NCBI GenBank assembly: GCA_903813345.2
Contig: CAIIXF020000001.1
Coordinates: forward strand, 22,940,001 to 23,004,000
Length of the DNA: 64,000 bases
Origin: Owenia fusiformis
Lineage: Eukaryota
Direction: 5' to 3'
In this document: piece after piece, positions 39,027 to 54,400 of the stretch
How positions within the stretch are numbered: the stretch's first letter is position 1
How the letters are laid out: each line of letters starts with the position of its first letter
The notes under the pieces: generated by a model
Databases searched by the model: none
What the model was told of the DNA's origin: nothing
The model's input: only the letters and a program-made list of their open reading frames with translations
Position numbers and translations under genes: made by a program

Positions 39027-41149
39027 TTCTATGGACGGTCAAACCTGTATGTGAACAAACCTCAATGGGAATGTCTTCATATGGGTCCCATTTTAGATAT
39101 CCCATTGACAGAACTTCTCGTTAACTGTGTGTACACATGACAATGTGAATACTGTTATAATTCAATCCAGAAGCATTCACACAATATAAATGTATATGAA
39201 TCATGGTAGCAAGATGGAGAGGTTGTTTAAACTCAAAGATTTGGATTCATCTAAACTGTATTCATAGTATACTCAAATACTGAAACTTAAGTGAATATAA
39301 ATAAAAAAGGATTTAAAAAAACGTTTATTATTATGTCTCCTGAAAATGACACACCGTATTAACTACCGTCTTCCCTTTCCAAATGTCATTTATAAAAATG
39401 ATCTATTGAGTATTGTTGGGAATTTTTCATAATCTGTTTGATTTACTCAAAGCAATTAGATAGTTGAACAGTAAGAGTTGCCAGCAGCAAGGAGGATTGA
39501 CTCCCAGAATTGACTCTCAATATTTTCCAACAATGAATCCAATCCTGAAGGATGTGGTGATTATTTCCTGGGATTAGAAATATTTGAAACAATATCTTCA
39601 TCACTTCTTGGGTGTTCTGAAAGGATGAGTCTGGGAATGAGTCTGGGTATCGACTTAGAAAATATTGAAAATTGTAATGTCTGAAAAACCAACTCAATCA
39701 CACATATTATTAAACTTCAATATCTTATCCTTCTTCTGAGATTACAAAAATACCAATTTGTATCACAATTGATGAAGAATATTGGCATCAAAGACAGTGC
39801 ATATCACTTTGTCAGAATTGAAAGAAAATCAATGGCAAATATTAAATCAATTATTTATACAAAAAGTTTGAAATATATCCTCCAAAACATTGCTTACTTT
39901 CTTTGTATAGACATTGAATGGTATTTCTGCATAAGTGAATTGGTGTTTATCTGGGTAATCAAGGGATTATAGTCACTCAAAGTTACTGAGCATCCAGTTT
40001 TGAGACTTCAATTGTGTTGGTGAAGTTACACATATTTCAGTCAAATTCATGCTGAGCACAACATTTTGGTTTCAATTTTATAATCTCTATACATGACCCT
40101 GGTGATGAAGAGTCAGAATCAGTCAAAAAACCTAAACCGGAAAACTGTGCTCATTGTGAAAACTAAAAGTGAAACAACTTTTTTTCTGATATTTCTTACA
40201 TCAAATGGCAGCCATCTTGTTTTTCCCCCTTGAAATTAAACTAGCGGGAAATTCAAAAGTTTGAAAAAAATTGTAATCCTTAAATATATTTCAAAAATAT
40301 GATTTTATTTTTAATTCTTCAATGGGTCTTAAGTTATTTCTTCTTTGTATGTCATACATGTTGCCATTGGTGTTTTTTTCTATGATGATGACTATTTTGT
40401 TTTTGTTAAGATACTTATTCTGACTCTCAGCAGGGGGTTAATTATGCATCAAATCTTGTGAAAAAGTAAGTATACTTATCAAATATAACTAGGACAGTAA
40501 TAAAAACCATATTTCACATACATTTGACTGAGGGACCAAAAGGGCATATACCCGGACACATCCTTTTTGCTCCGAAATAAGACCTAAACTCGCGATTCAA
40601 ATTCTGAGGTGAGAAGGGAAAATGGTGGCTGTTTGATTTCAAATTTTGTAATCATGACAGTAGTAATGTACCTAGAATCCATTAGGTAATGAATACATCT
40701 AGTATGTGCGGTCGGTTTTGGATACAGGGTTTATCCCTCGGTTAATATGTGTATCTCCCTTAGTCCCTGTTGTCCCCCAGGATATCTTAGGATAAACCCT
40801 GTATCCATAACCCCCAGTACACAACCCTTATGTGTGCTGAAACTCTGAATATAATCTGAACAACGTGAATGGATCATCATATATTTGCTGCACACATATA
40901 TAAAGAACGCACACTGGTCCCAAAACGTCTTTATAACTTAATGAATGAACTTCCTTCAGAGGAAAATTATTTTCATCATTTCTACCAAGAGGTAGGTCAA
41001 CATCAGTATCCAAACATTTTACTCGCTTGTTAATAATGACATTTGGTTTCTAAAATTCGAATCAGTCAGTACATACACGGGCTCAGTGGCTAGTGAACCC
41101 CTGTGTAAATAGTACGAGTATACAATTTAATATTTTATCATTCATCTTA

Positions 41150-41289
41150 TGCCTGGGTCACATTTGCTCTGATCCATCGGCCGGCGCCCGGCCGATTGAG
41201 TGTTTTGTTCAATATTGTATTCAATTTTGAAGAAAAAACTCAATCGGCCGGGCGCCGTAGTGAAAATCGGAGCAAATGTGACCAAGGCA
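41150..41289. mobile_element. 140-bp palindromic PIF/Harbinger-like MITE (TTA TSD)
   Basis: TTA|TGCCTGGGTCACATTTGCTC…GAGCAAATGTGACCAAGGCA|TTA; fragments at ~15693-15731 and ~44670-44725. Confidence 0.8.
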
Positions 41290-42449
41290 TTACTCGATCG
41301 TGCTTCAGAAAGTTCAAAATGGCTACTTAACGCAAAAATTCTCAATAATTATGGCTATGTAACACTGTACTATCATATAATAAAATTTTTAGATTCATGA
41401 ATAATTTGGTCGTTGGGATTTGCTACTCTGTGTAGCTGCCATTTTCTAGTTTTGTTAAGTACGGCGCCTTTGTTAATAACAATAACAATTACTGGATGGC
41501 ACTTGATAATTTTGGTCCTTGGTGTTATAATAGTGAAAGGTGTTCCAAAATCGATGCAGCTCTATGCATGGTACTGAATACTAAATATAATGTGACACGA
41601 ACCCTTTCTTTCTCTAGATAAGAGATTAATATATATAATAGAACAGTAGTCCTAGATATAACAATAAGTCATATGTTAGCGCAAGTTGATAAATGTTTAC
41701 AACAGTCAGATAAATAAACAAAAGATGATAAGAGATTTATTCATAGTCTTTGGTATCATATTGACAAATACAGGAATAGAGCTGTATACACACGCAATAT
41801 TCGTTGATACATTGTCACGAGCTATGCATAGAAATTAAATAGATATCATACAATCAGATAGTATATTTGTAATAAATATTAGGGGATACTGTCAAAGATG
41901 TAATCTCTCCCACTCCGTTTGGTTAACGAAAACTCACCTTTTACGGATATAGTTTTAAATATCACACGAAACTTATGTTTCTTCATTTATTTTATCAACA
42001 CTATCGTGTTTTACTTTATTCTATTATCAGATAATCGTAATACATTGTCTTATCGAAGTCATGACACATCCCCTATTAGACAATAGGTGACACCTTTGAT
42101 TATATTTAATTTTCGAGAGGCCACTACGTGCAAATCCACCACTAAAGGGATGTTTATAATGCTCAGGATACCATAATAATTTAATTACGGAGCAGTTTCA
42201 CTTCTTAGATGATTTTTAGGCTCTTGCGCTATTGATTCACTCGTCATCATATTTGCCTGTTAGTTTCCATGGCAATATAGAAATTTGAGATCAGCAGAGT
42301 TTTGATTGGATGTCAAATTTAGATGTTAATATAGTAAGCCTGCGCTAGTTGACCAACTCCTGACTTTCCATTAATTCTTACCACAATTAGCGCTAGGAGT
42401 TCTAAGAGAAGTTCGGGATCTTCCGAGGAGGAAATCAGGAACAACTACC

Positions 42450-45400
42450 ATGTCGTTTGATCTCGGATTGATGCTGCATACTCGCGAACGCAAACGCGCT
42501 TTCCAAGCGGGGCATGTTGGAAAACTTGGTCGAGTCGCATCCTTGGAGGAGGAAGACAAAAGTCTGAATCAGTATGTACACCGAAAGGAATTTTCAGATC
42601 CAAACGTGAGAGCGCAAAAGAATGATTCCGAACATGACAACAAAGACGACGATAATATGGTTGCCCAGGGATCTAGTAAAGTGTCGTCTCCAGACTGGAC
42701 ACGCTTTGAATCGGCATATGCACGAGGTATAGTACCCAAAACATATTTACTCAATAATGGTACCTAAACATGTCATTTAAAAACATTTGTTCTAGCCTCT
42801 TTGGCTAATGTGTAGATTACGATCCAGATACTTTGATAATTTCGTCAATCTGATCACCTGATGTACAAGAGAACAAGTGTTGCGTACCACGTTTCTTGTA
42901 GTTTCACAACTCAACTCGTCAAGACGTGATACCTAAAACAGCTAAAAAGTAATGGAATATGCAAGTTCCGTTCAATCACTTTAGAACAATCATAGGATAT
43001 CCTATGATTTTGAGGAATATCATTTTTATCTTTGACGAGGTGATATTGATATCTGCACGAGAAAGCAAAGCGAACGAGTGCATACATCAATATCACAGAG
43101 TAGATTAAAATAATATTCTGAAAAAAAAACACGGGATGTTCTTATTATCTTATACTTACAAGGAGTGCACTAAATGTATATTTATCATTGCAAAATGCCA
43201 ATTTCATGCCAAACAGAGTCAATTTGGCGGGAAATCAACAAGCGAAGTACATCGTCACAATATCCTCCGCATATTGAGGTTTCCGGAGAATATCGTCACG
43301 ATATCCTCCGCATATTGGTTTTCCGGAGTATATCGTTGCGATATCCCTCCTGTTATTCATTTTGCCAATAGATATCAAATTTATTTTTTAATGTTATTAT
43401 ACATTTAGCGCACTAAGTGTAGGATAATGGGCAATATTCTAGGACATAAATACCTGTTTAGAAACACCATGTTAACATTGAAATGTACTTGATTAAACAA
43501 TCGGTTTTAGCTGAATCTTCAAAGTTACAAAGATCGATCGCTAAAAGGCCTTAAAAATCGCATATAAATAGATAATAATATTAACAGATCCTTTTTAGTG
43601 ATACGATTCTTATCTTATATTTGATATCTCAGGTCGATACGACTGAAATAGCAGGAGAATATTTCTAATACAAGTATTGGCCTTATCCAGTGTTTATAAT
43701 TGTTTTTATAACTTTTGAAAATAAGTCAACTGACCTACTTTCCCGAAAATATTTTGCCGCAAAATACCTATAAACGATTTTGGATTTTCCCATATAACAC
43801 TAGTACACTATTCCATTGTAATTATTGGGTAAAGTCAATATTAGATAATCCTTCTTGATATCAATTTATGGACTCGTGGATATTTGATATTAAATGTTCG
43901 ATAAAAAAATGATATCACTCAAAGTGATACTATATTCTGTCATCTACGGAATGGCCCAAAACAGGCCAAACCAAAATAGAAATATTTTACTTTTGACATT
44001 TTAGCAATCATTTCCATAGTAAAGTACAGAAAGTACTTTCAATGGATGTACCTATTCAGCCTATGTTATCCAATTTGTTACACTACGTTCCTTATTCCCT
44101 GTGCCATGAGCTAAAATCAAAATTGTGCCCCTTTTCCCAAAGTTTGAGGATATATACAATTGTATTTGTATACAATATTGTAATTTGCATGTCAACCATC
44201 GACTAATCTGTCTGCCCTTTCGCATCCTATTAATTTATTCTTTGAATTCAGATAGGGTTATATTGTTGGATATCATTATTGGAATACCTCATCAACGTGT
44301 ACCATCTAAGGTTTTTGACAATGCTTCCAAATAGGTAAACAAAATGTTGTTGGCTGCCAGAAAATATAATTTCAATACCATTTGTCATGGTTTATCATAA
44401 TGGTTTTCTTCGAGAATACATAATGCGGGCCTGGGAATGCGGCGTGTCACATTCATTGCAACACACCTTGCAACAATGTCTTATGAGGGTAATTTCTTAT
44501 ATTGAGAAGTTTATCATCTGTTGAAATTAAATACTTGTAGCTATAAAAAGCGAATTTGTTTGACCAGTCCTAATGTGTGAGGAGGCCTTTCAGGCAATTT
44601 TCGAAAGCGTAGTGAGAACAAGTTTGGTGTAGAGGGGAGGGGGATATCTCCCACCTCGGTCTCTCTCTAATGCCTAGGCCACATATGCACCGGGCGCGGG
44701 CCGATGAGTAGTCATCGGCCGATTTCTAAATTAGTTTCGACAAAAATTATGTAATTCTGCAATTTTAGTTACAAAACATGAAGGTACATTATGTAAAATT
44801 TTTAAGACAATTGGTGTATATTTAACAAAATACCAGCACCAGTCCTGTTACTTTTGGAACACCCTGGACCCTCTGGAGGTGTTAAAAAACTAAAATGAAT
44901 CTGATATACACATAATCACAAGTGAATCATCTATTAATACATCACTCTCATTTTAATAATGACAATTCTAGATTTTGATTTATATCAAAAGTGTTCAATT
45001 CAACAGGCTAGGTGCATTTGGATTTGTGAAATGCAACCTGTGTAAGGGTAAGTTATCTTATAAAGGTAAATGACATTCTATATAAGCTGCCCTAGTCATT
45101 CCACAGTTCCAGGTGTTATTTTGTGGAGCCCATGTCTTGCCACATCACACGTGGAAATGAGTTTGACAAACCTTGGACATCTTTCTTTCAGTCCATGGAC
45201 TCTAAAATAACAAGAATTTGCATTGTCGGGAGCGTAAAATTGGTTATTTTGAATGCCGCCTCTTGTATTTTTCATCTGCCTCTTGTACACAAAGTTACTG
45301 AAACCACTGTATTAGGCATTTGGTGATTTCTGGGCAGTTTAAATGAACAAATATATTTATTGTATTAATACAACCAAAATCTTTTTTTTGAGTACATGAG

Positions 45401-48400
45401 GTTAACCGCTCATTAGATAATTTTATCATTGCAATGTGCTATTTGATGATATCTGGGTACTCTAAAATTAAAGTGTCTAAAACAATAGATATAATAATTT
45501 CAATTGTTTTTAGGGGTGTGAGATGTGGCCCACCCCCTCTGAAAAAATTATCATTTTAAGAGGCTATTAATGTGATTTCTGGGTAATTTTAAAGAGTATG
45601 GGTTATTAAAAAAGAAATTGGGAAAATATTCAATTTTTGGAGGGGGGTGTGCTAGAGGGGAGTGCGGTACCGGTATTTTCACAATGAATAGTATTTTCTT
45701 TGTCTAATAATGTGTTCTTGAATTACTTGTTATTTAGTTTTCATTGGTAGTTTTTACAGTTTCTATAAAGTCATTTGGTTGGCCATCATTGACATATGAC
45801 AAAATAAAAGTTTATTATTTTGCTGTTTTTGACGACATTGCATTGACGGGTATCCCAGGGATTTTACGAGTTCGCAATGACTATGATGAGATCCCTCAAG
45901 GATATGCTTTATCTTATTGTCATGAATTAAGTTACTGGCGACAATGAGAAGTTTACCTAAAGGAGTGGTATCGATATGGAGAACTTTTTGAACACACGTT
46001 TCTCTTAAACCAGTCATAAAAAATCTAAAAATTGTACACATCGTCAATTTAATGGTCATCTTTTGATATAATTTGAAAAATATATATATAGTTTATCTAT
46101 ATTGTTTTAGAAAACACATCAAACACTTGAAAGTGAAATGAAACATCTTTCCGAACCTCATTGGAACAAAACGACATAAACAGTACATGTTTAGGTTTCT
46201 CAATATTGTAATTGTACAAAGGAATTGGTTGATTTAAAAAAAGTATCTTGTTAATGAAATAAAAGGTTTATATTGATTTTTATCTATTTTGGGGGGATTT
46301 TGTTTTAATTTTTTGAATACTTTTTTAAAATCAACCAAAAATTCCTTTAAATAACTATAATATTGAGAGGTCTAAAAACATGTTGTATATGCTATTTTGT
46401 TCCATCAAGGTTCGGAAAGACATTTTATTTCATTCTCAAGAATTGGTAGAAAGGAGCAAAAACAATTGCACTAAAAAAACAAAAAATGTTAACAAAAACA
46501 GTTGTATAAAATATTTCTAAATAATTTTCGCATTAAATTGTTGTCAATCAGTCAACATTACATAAAATACCGTGTTTTTTACAGAATGTTTTCAATAATT
46601 GGTTTAAGAGAAAAACATTGTTGAATTCAGTTCTCCATATCGATACCAATCCTTTGCTAGAGTTAAAGTTTCGTCCCCATATATGAGAAAATGAAATCTG
46701 AGCATTAACAATCCACGACCAGCATTAAAGGAACCCAGTTTCTGGTTTTATCGTTTCATTTAAAATTCAAATATGACTGAATTGTATTGTTCCGACATAG
46801 CATCAATTCATGTGTAAAGATTTGGTTTTATTTTCCTATAACGACCCAAGAGATTAATAAAAAATCGAAATTCTTCGTCAAAAGTATTGATGCCCCTTAA
46901 ACGTGATTTTGATTGACACCTGAGGTTCAAAATTGCTTGATTTTTGACCTTAGTACACTCAATGTCTCAGTGGGAATGGAGTTGCATCTAGCAATTTTAA
47001 ATTAGCCGCGAAACTTTTGACCAAATATGTTTGCGCTCTCATTTTCAATAGGTTATCACCCCAATTCAAATGGTATAGCTGAGGGCAAGAATACTGCATA
47101 TTAAACCTTAATTGTATGCCAATTTTGTTTTGTTTTTCAAATATTTCTAAAGGATAAAAGTAAACATCAAATGTGTTTCCTGAGCAAAAGATATTAAACG
47201 CATCTGTTCTAGTTGATACAAACCTGATGCGTCTCGTATATTTTCTTATCTGAATTAGAGCATTTAGCCTCATCATTCACTGTCAAAGTTCTATGTTTTC
47301 TCTCTTGCAGGCTCGATATCTCACAGTTCAAATGAGATGACTATTAAATCACAACTAATTTTCGATCTACTTTGACGTTTACATGCCGAGTTGATGTTCA
47401 GCATATGGCCATATATCTTTCTTGGATGTGGGCTTTATTTAGAGACATCTACTTAATCCCTAATAAAGCTCGAATATTATCTGCACAAGTTCCGTGAACT
47501 CGGCTGAATCATGACTTAGAACGCTCCTCTCATAAATGAAATATTGAAAAAGCCACCTTCAGTCTACTTGGTAGTTTTAAATCCCAGATTCCCGCAAATT
47601 GTTCGGAAGCAATTGTACGTATTATCAAGTATCATTATTCTCGCGCACCCCCCCCCCCCTCCCCCCTCCACACACACACATACAACGATAACCTTTACAT
47701 TCTATGGACTGTTCTTTCCAGAGTTGTTCCCAGCAGGAGGTGGAGGTCATAAAACTCAGGAATTTCTTTTAGAGGTGACCAACATACTCATAGATTATGT
47801 CCACAAGAATAATGATCGTTCAAAAAAGATTCTTGATTTCCACCACCCCCACCAACTACGCGAGATGATGGATCATTGTCTCGATCTCCACGAGGATCCA
47901 CGAGATCTCGAACAAATTCTGAGTGACTGTAAAGAGACATTAAAATATTGTGTCAAAACAGGTAAATACAACAATTTCTTTTCGAAAATCTTGAGAATTG
48001 ATAAAACAATTTTACTCCTCTGAAATTTTGAAAAAACTTAAAGATCAACGTTTTAAACGTTGATACTAACAGACTAAATCTGAGTTTCTTAATACTTAAA
48101 AAAACCACATTGTCACGAAGCACCCCTGATCTGAAAATAAATACAGCTCGACAAACGGTAACGCCAAGACCTAGATACATGTAACTCCATCGAATATTTC
48201 GTTCTTGCATAACAAGAGGTCTTGGGATAGGAAGATGGGACATGGAATGGAACATGGAACATCTTCAAATGTGGCTGTTCAAAATAATATTTTCGATAAT
48301 ACTAATCTGTGTTTGTATCATATAGTATGATTTTATTGCCTTGTTTTATGATATTAGTTATATTATGATATTAGTGGTTGGTTGTTAGCAAGAACATTTA

Positions 48401-51400
48401 ACTGTGAGACAAAATTATAAAAAAAATCAAAGGAACATAATTTCCTCATAGTATTTAGATGGTTATTTGTAAACAAATTAGATTAAATTAATCAAAAATT
48501 TAATAAAGTCAATTTAATTCCCCAGGTTTGATGATAACTAAAGCCCGGTATACACCAATGGGGCAAAATCCCACTTGCCCCATCGAGTCCCATCTTGCCC
48601 CATCGAATCGCAATTTGCCCCATCGAATCCCACGAAGTCCCATGGGACCTTGATGACTTTGCCCCATCAATCCCCATGGAGTCCCATCAAATCCCACCGT
48701 GCCCCATTGGTGTACATGTATGTCGGGCTTCACACAACACGTCATATGAGCGAAAATCCCACGATGCCCCATGGAAAGAATGAACATGTTCATTCTCGAT
48801 GGGACTCCATGGGACTCCGTGGGATTTTGCCCCATCTTGCCCCATCGAGTCCCACCGAGTCCCACGTGGGACTTCATGGGACCTCATGGGACCTCGTGGG
48901 ACTCGATGGGGCAAGATGGGGTTTAATCCCACGAGGTCCCATGGAGTCCCACGGACTTCATGGGGCAAAATCCCAAAAGGTCCCACGAGGTCCCACGCAA
49001 TGTTAAGTCTTTGGAGGCCCCAACTTGCCCCATTGGTGTATACCGGGCTTAATATGATCACGTTTAATAAGTTTATACTCGGGAAAGGTTCTTTAAAAAA
49101 CAGAATGTTTTCTGATTGTAAAAGTATTGCTATGATGGTGATGTTAGGAAGAGAGAAGTCCGATATAGTTTTGAAATATCAGACCCTTCTCGATTTCCAA
49201 TCAGAATATTTTCTGATTGTAAAAGAATTGCTATGATTGTGATGTTCAGAAGAGAGAAATCCGATATAGTTTTGAAATATCAGACCCTTCTCGATTTCCA
49301 AAAGAATTGCTATGATGGTGATGTTCAGAAGAGAGAAATCCGATATAGTTTTGAAATATCAGACCCTTCTCGATTTCCAATCAGAATATTTTCTGATTGT
49401 AAAAGAATTGCTATGATGGTGATGTTCAGAAGAGAGAAATCCGATATAGTTTTGAAATATCAGACCCTTCTCGATTTCCAATCAGAATATTTTCTGATTG
49501 TAAAAGTATTGCTATGATGGTGATGTTCAGAAGAGAGAAATTCGATATAGTTTTGAAATATCAGACCCTTCTCGATTTCCAATCAGAATATTTTCTGATT
49601 GCAAAAGTATTGCTATGATGGTGATGTTCAGAAGAGAGAAATCCGATATATTTTGAAATATCAGACCCTTCTCAAATTCCTCTCTATTTCTGTGTAACAA
49701 GAGAAGTCAGTATCATCCTCTTGTATACATGTATAAATCATTATGATAAAGACTCAGTCTCCACCTTTCTTGGAAATACGGAAAAGAATTATATATAAAA
49801 ATGCGGAAGTTTCTATAATTCTAACCACAAATCACCGCAACATAAAATGACAAATTCAAGGTTTGGTAGCCCAGATGTTATTGACGCACGATAATCAATT
49901 ACCCATTATACTAAATGTTGCGAAATGTAACACTCGAATTAATTCAACTTAATTGTTTGCAAATTTAATCTGTAATATGTTGACCGTTTTGGCGATGGAC
50001 AAGAAATAATTGATTAGACCTCCAACTCTTTTCTTTGCCTCAGAAGTTTAAACTATTTACCAAGCTTCCATCAAGAACACATGACAGCTTCCCAGTAAAA
50101 ATCGAAACTATCGGGCAGTACTTGAATGATGACAACTTTCCAGGAATAGTCGGTAGAAGAGCTTACATTACTTTTGGTTATGACTTAGATTTTAGAACAT
50201 GGCGATCAGCAATGGCGTAAAAAGGGCACAGGTCAATAAAAATGACATTAATATGTAAGAAACTGTAATATTCTCGAGCTTCTCTTGCCAGCTGTTACCA
50301 ATTGTGTAAATCACAGGGAGCTCAGTGGAAAATTAGACAATAATGTCTCGTTAACACTGTGCCAGAATAACTGAGATGGATATTTAAATCAATTTAGATT
50401 TCCTTGTGGGCGGAAAATTTCCAGCGTTTTTTAATCCATATAACAAAATATCTGATTAATATATCAATGTGCCTACTGATTTGGTACAACTGATTTACAT
50501 GTACAGGTGTATTGCGTTGTGATTTTCAATAACATCTATGGAGGTACTGTGAGGCACGGGCAGGCGAGGCTAGTGCCTCACCATAATTTCAACTAAAACT
50601 GGAAATGAATCCCAAAGGTAGTAATATACATTCGTTGACCTTTAGCCTTTTGCGCTTTTTGTTTAGTTATAATTATGATATCAGTCATATCAACAATGAT
50701 TTCAAACCATGATTTCAAACAGTACGCCCTTTTTTATCTATCAGTATCTTAACCATGGACGACATTTATAAAAGAAAGCGCGTGCGAAAGATTTCAGTGA
50801 AACTGCATTCGATCCTTTCCATATAGTTTGAGAAGAAGCATAATTCATAAATTGTAAACGTAATACTTTTACTCCTTTTGTCATTTTCAAATATATTCAA
50901 ACCAAGGGCAAGTAAAAGAATAGTCTGATTCCATTGAAATTTGCATTTCTTCGATAATGATGAATCATTACATCAGTAGGTATAAGCTCATGATTATTTA
51001 GAATGACGATATGAGCAGTGCTTAGAATCACATCCTCTCCAGACAAAATTTTTTTTTATCAAAATCGTTGGTATGTTTTGTTCAAAATAGTGAGTAGCCA
51101 AAATTCAATGATTTTTAATTAAAGGCAATGGTCTAACTTTGAATAATGTTTAGGTCATCCAAGATTTTTCAACCAGCTGTCTCAGGGCTTGGACATAGTG
51201 GCACTTGCTGGGGAATGGCTCACTGCAACTGCGAATACCAACATGTGAGTGCTCATGAACGTATCTGTTACAACATTATGCGAACGTATATGTTACAACA
51301 TGTTGCGAACGTATATGTTACAACATGTTGCGAACGTATATGTTACAACATAATGCGAACATGTTACAACACATTGCGAACGTATATATTACAACATAAT

Positions 51401-54400
51401 GCGAACATGTTACAACACATTGCGAACGTATATATGTTACAAGATACTGCGAACGTATATGTCAGAACATAATGCGAACGTATATGTTACAAAATGTTGC
51501 GAACGTATATGTTACAACATAATGCGAACGTATATGTTACAACATAATGCGAACGTATATGCTACAACATAATGCTAACATATATGTGAGAACATGTTGC
51601 GAACATATATGTTACAAAACAATGGGAACGTATATGTCACAACATGTCGCGAACGTATATGTTACAACATAATGGAAACGTATATGTTACAACATGTTGC
51701 AGACGTATGTTATACCATATGAAAAAGTAAGCTAATCCGTATACAATGCAAATCATACTGACGCCCAAGCTTCATCATTTGAAAAAGAGTTTATGGCGCA
51801 TGTGCAGTGACATGGAATAAAAAGAAAATAATCATCGAAATGTATTTCATTTGACTTGTCCAATGTATCTTGACTGGCAGCTGACTATCTCGGGCACAAT
51901 ATACGAAATGTACTTCACTCAGTTGCAAATCATTAAACGTCCTGCATATTTATAGCTCATTGTATTTAATTTTGGCATGTTCGCGTATGAGATTGCCCCT
52001 GTTTTTTGTTAGGTTTACATACGAAGTCGCCCCGGTATTCACTCTGATGGAAGACATAGTGCTGACCAAGATGAGAGATATTGTTGGCTGGTCTGATGGT
52101 GACGGAATTTTCGCACCAGGTTTCAATCTTTTTTATCTCAAAATAAGACAGAGTTATATTTTCGAAATATGAATTATGAAATGAACAATTACAAATAATA
52201 GCCTCCTTCTAGGCTTTCTCTTAATTTCTTTTTCTTAGTTTTCGTATTCTAATTTTGTCTCTGGAACAAAACACAACGTTCAGTATATTGAGCAGACGTA
52301 GGGTTTAAATGACATGTATCCCATGCTTAACTTCTTTCGATGAATTCTATATGAAGCAAGAGAATGTTACTAAACATATATCAATTGCCAACGTACATTC
52401 ACGTAGGTAATGTAGCTTCTAATGTGTGATATAGGGGGCGCCATTGCTAACTTGTATGCTGTTTTGGCCGCTAGGCATCGCTGCTGTCCAGAGCAAAAAG
52501 CACAAGGAATGTGTGGACTCACCAGACTTGTAATGTTCACATCAGAGCACGTAAGTTTACCAATCTGAAAGAGACACGAGGGGAGGAATAAACTACATAC
52601 ACAAAATAAATACTTGAAATATGAACTATAAAACCGATCCTCAAATCCAGAGCGGTCGATTTACTACGATGAGAAAAAGAGGTAATTAAACCCTAAATTC
52701 GAACAGAATTCTTCCGCAGGGACAGATTTTTATTTAATAATCTGTCATCTAAGAGGGAATTATTTCTAACCTTATAACTCAACTCAGCTTTAACTTGCAA
52801 TAGCCGTCTCTTGTGTCGATGGTTCTCGAGAGCTCATTTACATAATCAGAAATGTTCCCTGCGTGGGTGTAACATCAATATGCGTCCTAACTAAAGTCTG
52901 ATCGTCAGTTGACGTGGGCTCTTCTGTTGACAAACTGTAAAATCAATCTTCGCAGTTTAAATAAAAAAACTAAATTTTATGAACATTCGATATGGTTAAT
53001 CAAACTTAAAATAATCTAACTCTATAATTAACGAGGAAATTAATACGACTCTAAATTGTTTATTCAACTAACAGTGCGGTAATCGTAATAGTGATATTGT
53101 TAAATTTACTGCACTTTTTCTTCGATTACAGAGTCACTTCTCAACCAAGAGAGCTGCCGCTATTGCAGGGATAGGCACCGACAACTGTATTGCCGTAAAA
53201 TGTGATGAGAGGTTAGTGTTTCGGTGATGTACTATAGTTACATGAGTTAGGAGTCACATTTTGTCTAGTAACAAAGAGCATGTCCAATGAGGCGTAAAGG
53301 TCAGATAACTAAGGATGAATTTGACCTAGATTATAGATTCATCGTGCAACTGTACGTTACAGTCACTTGTGAACGTGGAATGAATATAGAACTCATAATC
53401 GGTCTTCCTTAGCGCAGTCGGTCCTTTGGGAATGGAGCATTTTGCGAACAGTTTACTTCTAATTTGTGTCATGTTGAATGCTTATTACAGATAAGAGACT
53501 CAGGTCACCATATTAATTGGTTGAAGATGGACAAACCATTCTTTATAAAGTCCCGTCAGAAAGTCTTCGTATTAGTCCACAAACTCATACCCAGTCTTAA
53601 GCATATTACGGAAAAGAATCACATACAGAAAAGAATCCTTGTATACAAGGTGGTCCGAAAATATAGACATAGTGATTACTTTTCTCTTATTTACTGTCTT
53701 TTTTCTTATCATAACTCAGGTGCCATTGCTACAGTGTATATTTTGCTTTCTAGAGGAAAGATGATTCCAGGGGAACTTGAGAAGTGTATTCTCCAAGCAA
53801 AATCAGAGGGTGCCAAACCATTCTATGTGACATGTACCACCGGTTCAACTGTTCTTGGGGCGTTCGATCCCATCAATGAAATAGCAGATATATGTGAGAC
53901 ATATGGAATGTGGATGCACGTGGACGTACGTATCAGTCCTTTAAGGCCACATATAAGTTTAAACCACTTTACTTATATTGTAGTCCTACCCAATGCTATC
54001 AAAATGTGATATGTTAAACTTTTTTCAAAATTTTAAAAGAGTTTTTTGAAGGACTTGTTTCGGAAAATCGTTAACTAATTTAAATTAAAATTAAATTAAA
54101 CTTTAGAGGTCACACTTATTTTTGGTTCGGTTCTTAAATAAGCAAAAAATTACTCATCTATGCATCAAAGTTGCTCACAGAAAATTGTATTTTAAAATTA
54201 TAGTTCTTATAGAAACCAATGGTGCGGTGACATTTAAAACATAATGCAAATCTTTTTTAATTAAACTACAGTTCATTCTATTTAGTTGCTTGTTCTGTTA
54301 ATTAATATTAAACCTCATTTAGGAAGCAACATAATAGAATGAACTTCTTTTGTTACAGCTAAGCTAACTTAAAAATTCTCCTACATGTTATCCATGTTCA

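Noticed and set aside
48492-49236. Cluster of overlapping ORFs on both strands (also 12419-12930)
   Set aside because: Artefact of a GC-rich palindromic MITE; no transposase motifs.
49100-49675. 101-bp periodic array as CRISPR or coding repeat
   Set aside because: Units are identical along their full length (no spacers), the period is not a multiple of 3, and it is intronic.
53400-53425. tRNA-like 5' half (GGTCTTCCTTAGCGCAGTCGGT)
   Set aside because: Only an A-box-like fragment; no anticodon arm, T-arm or B box follows.
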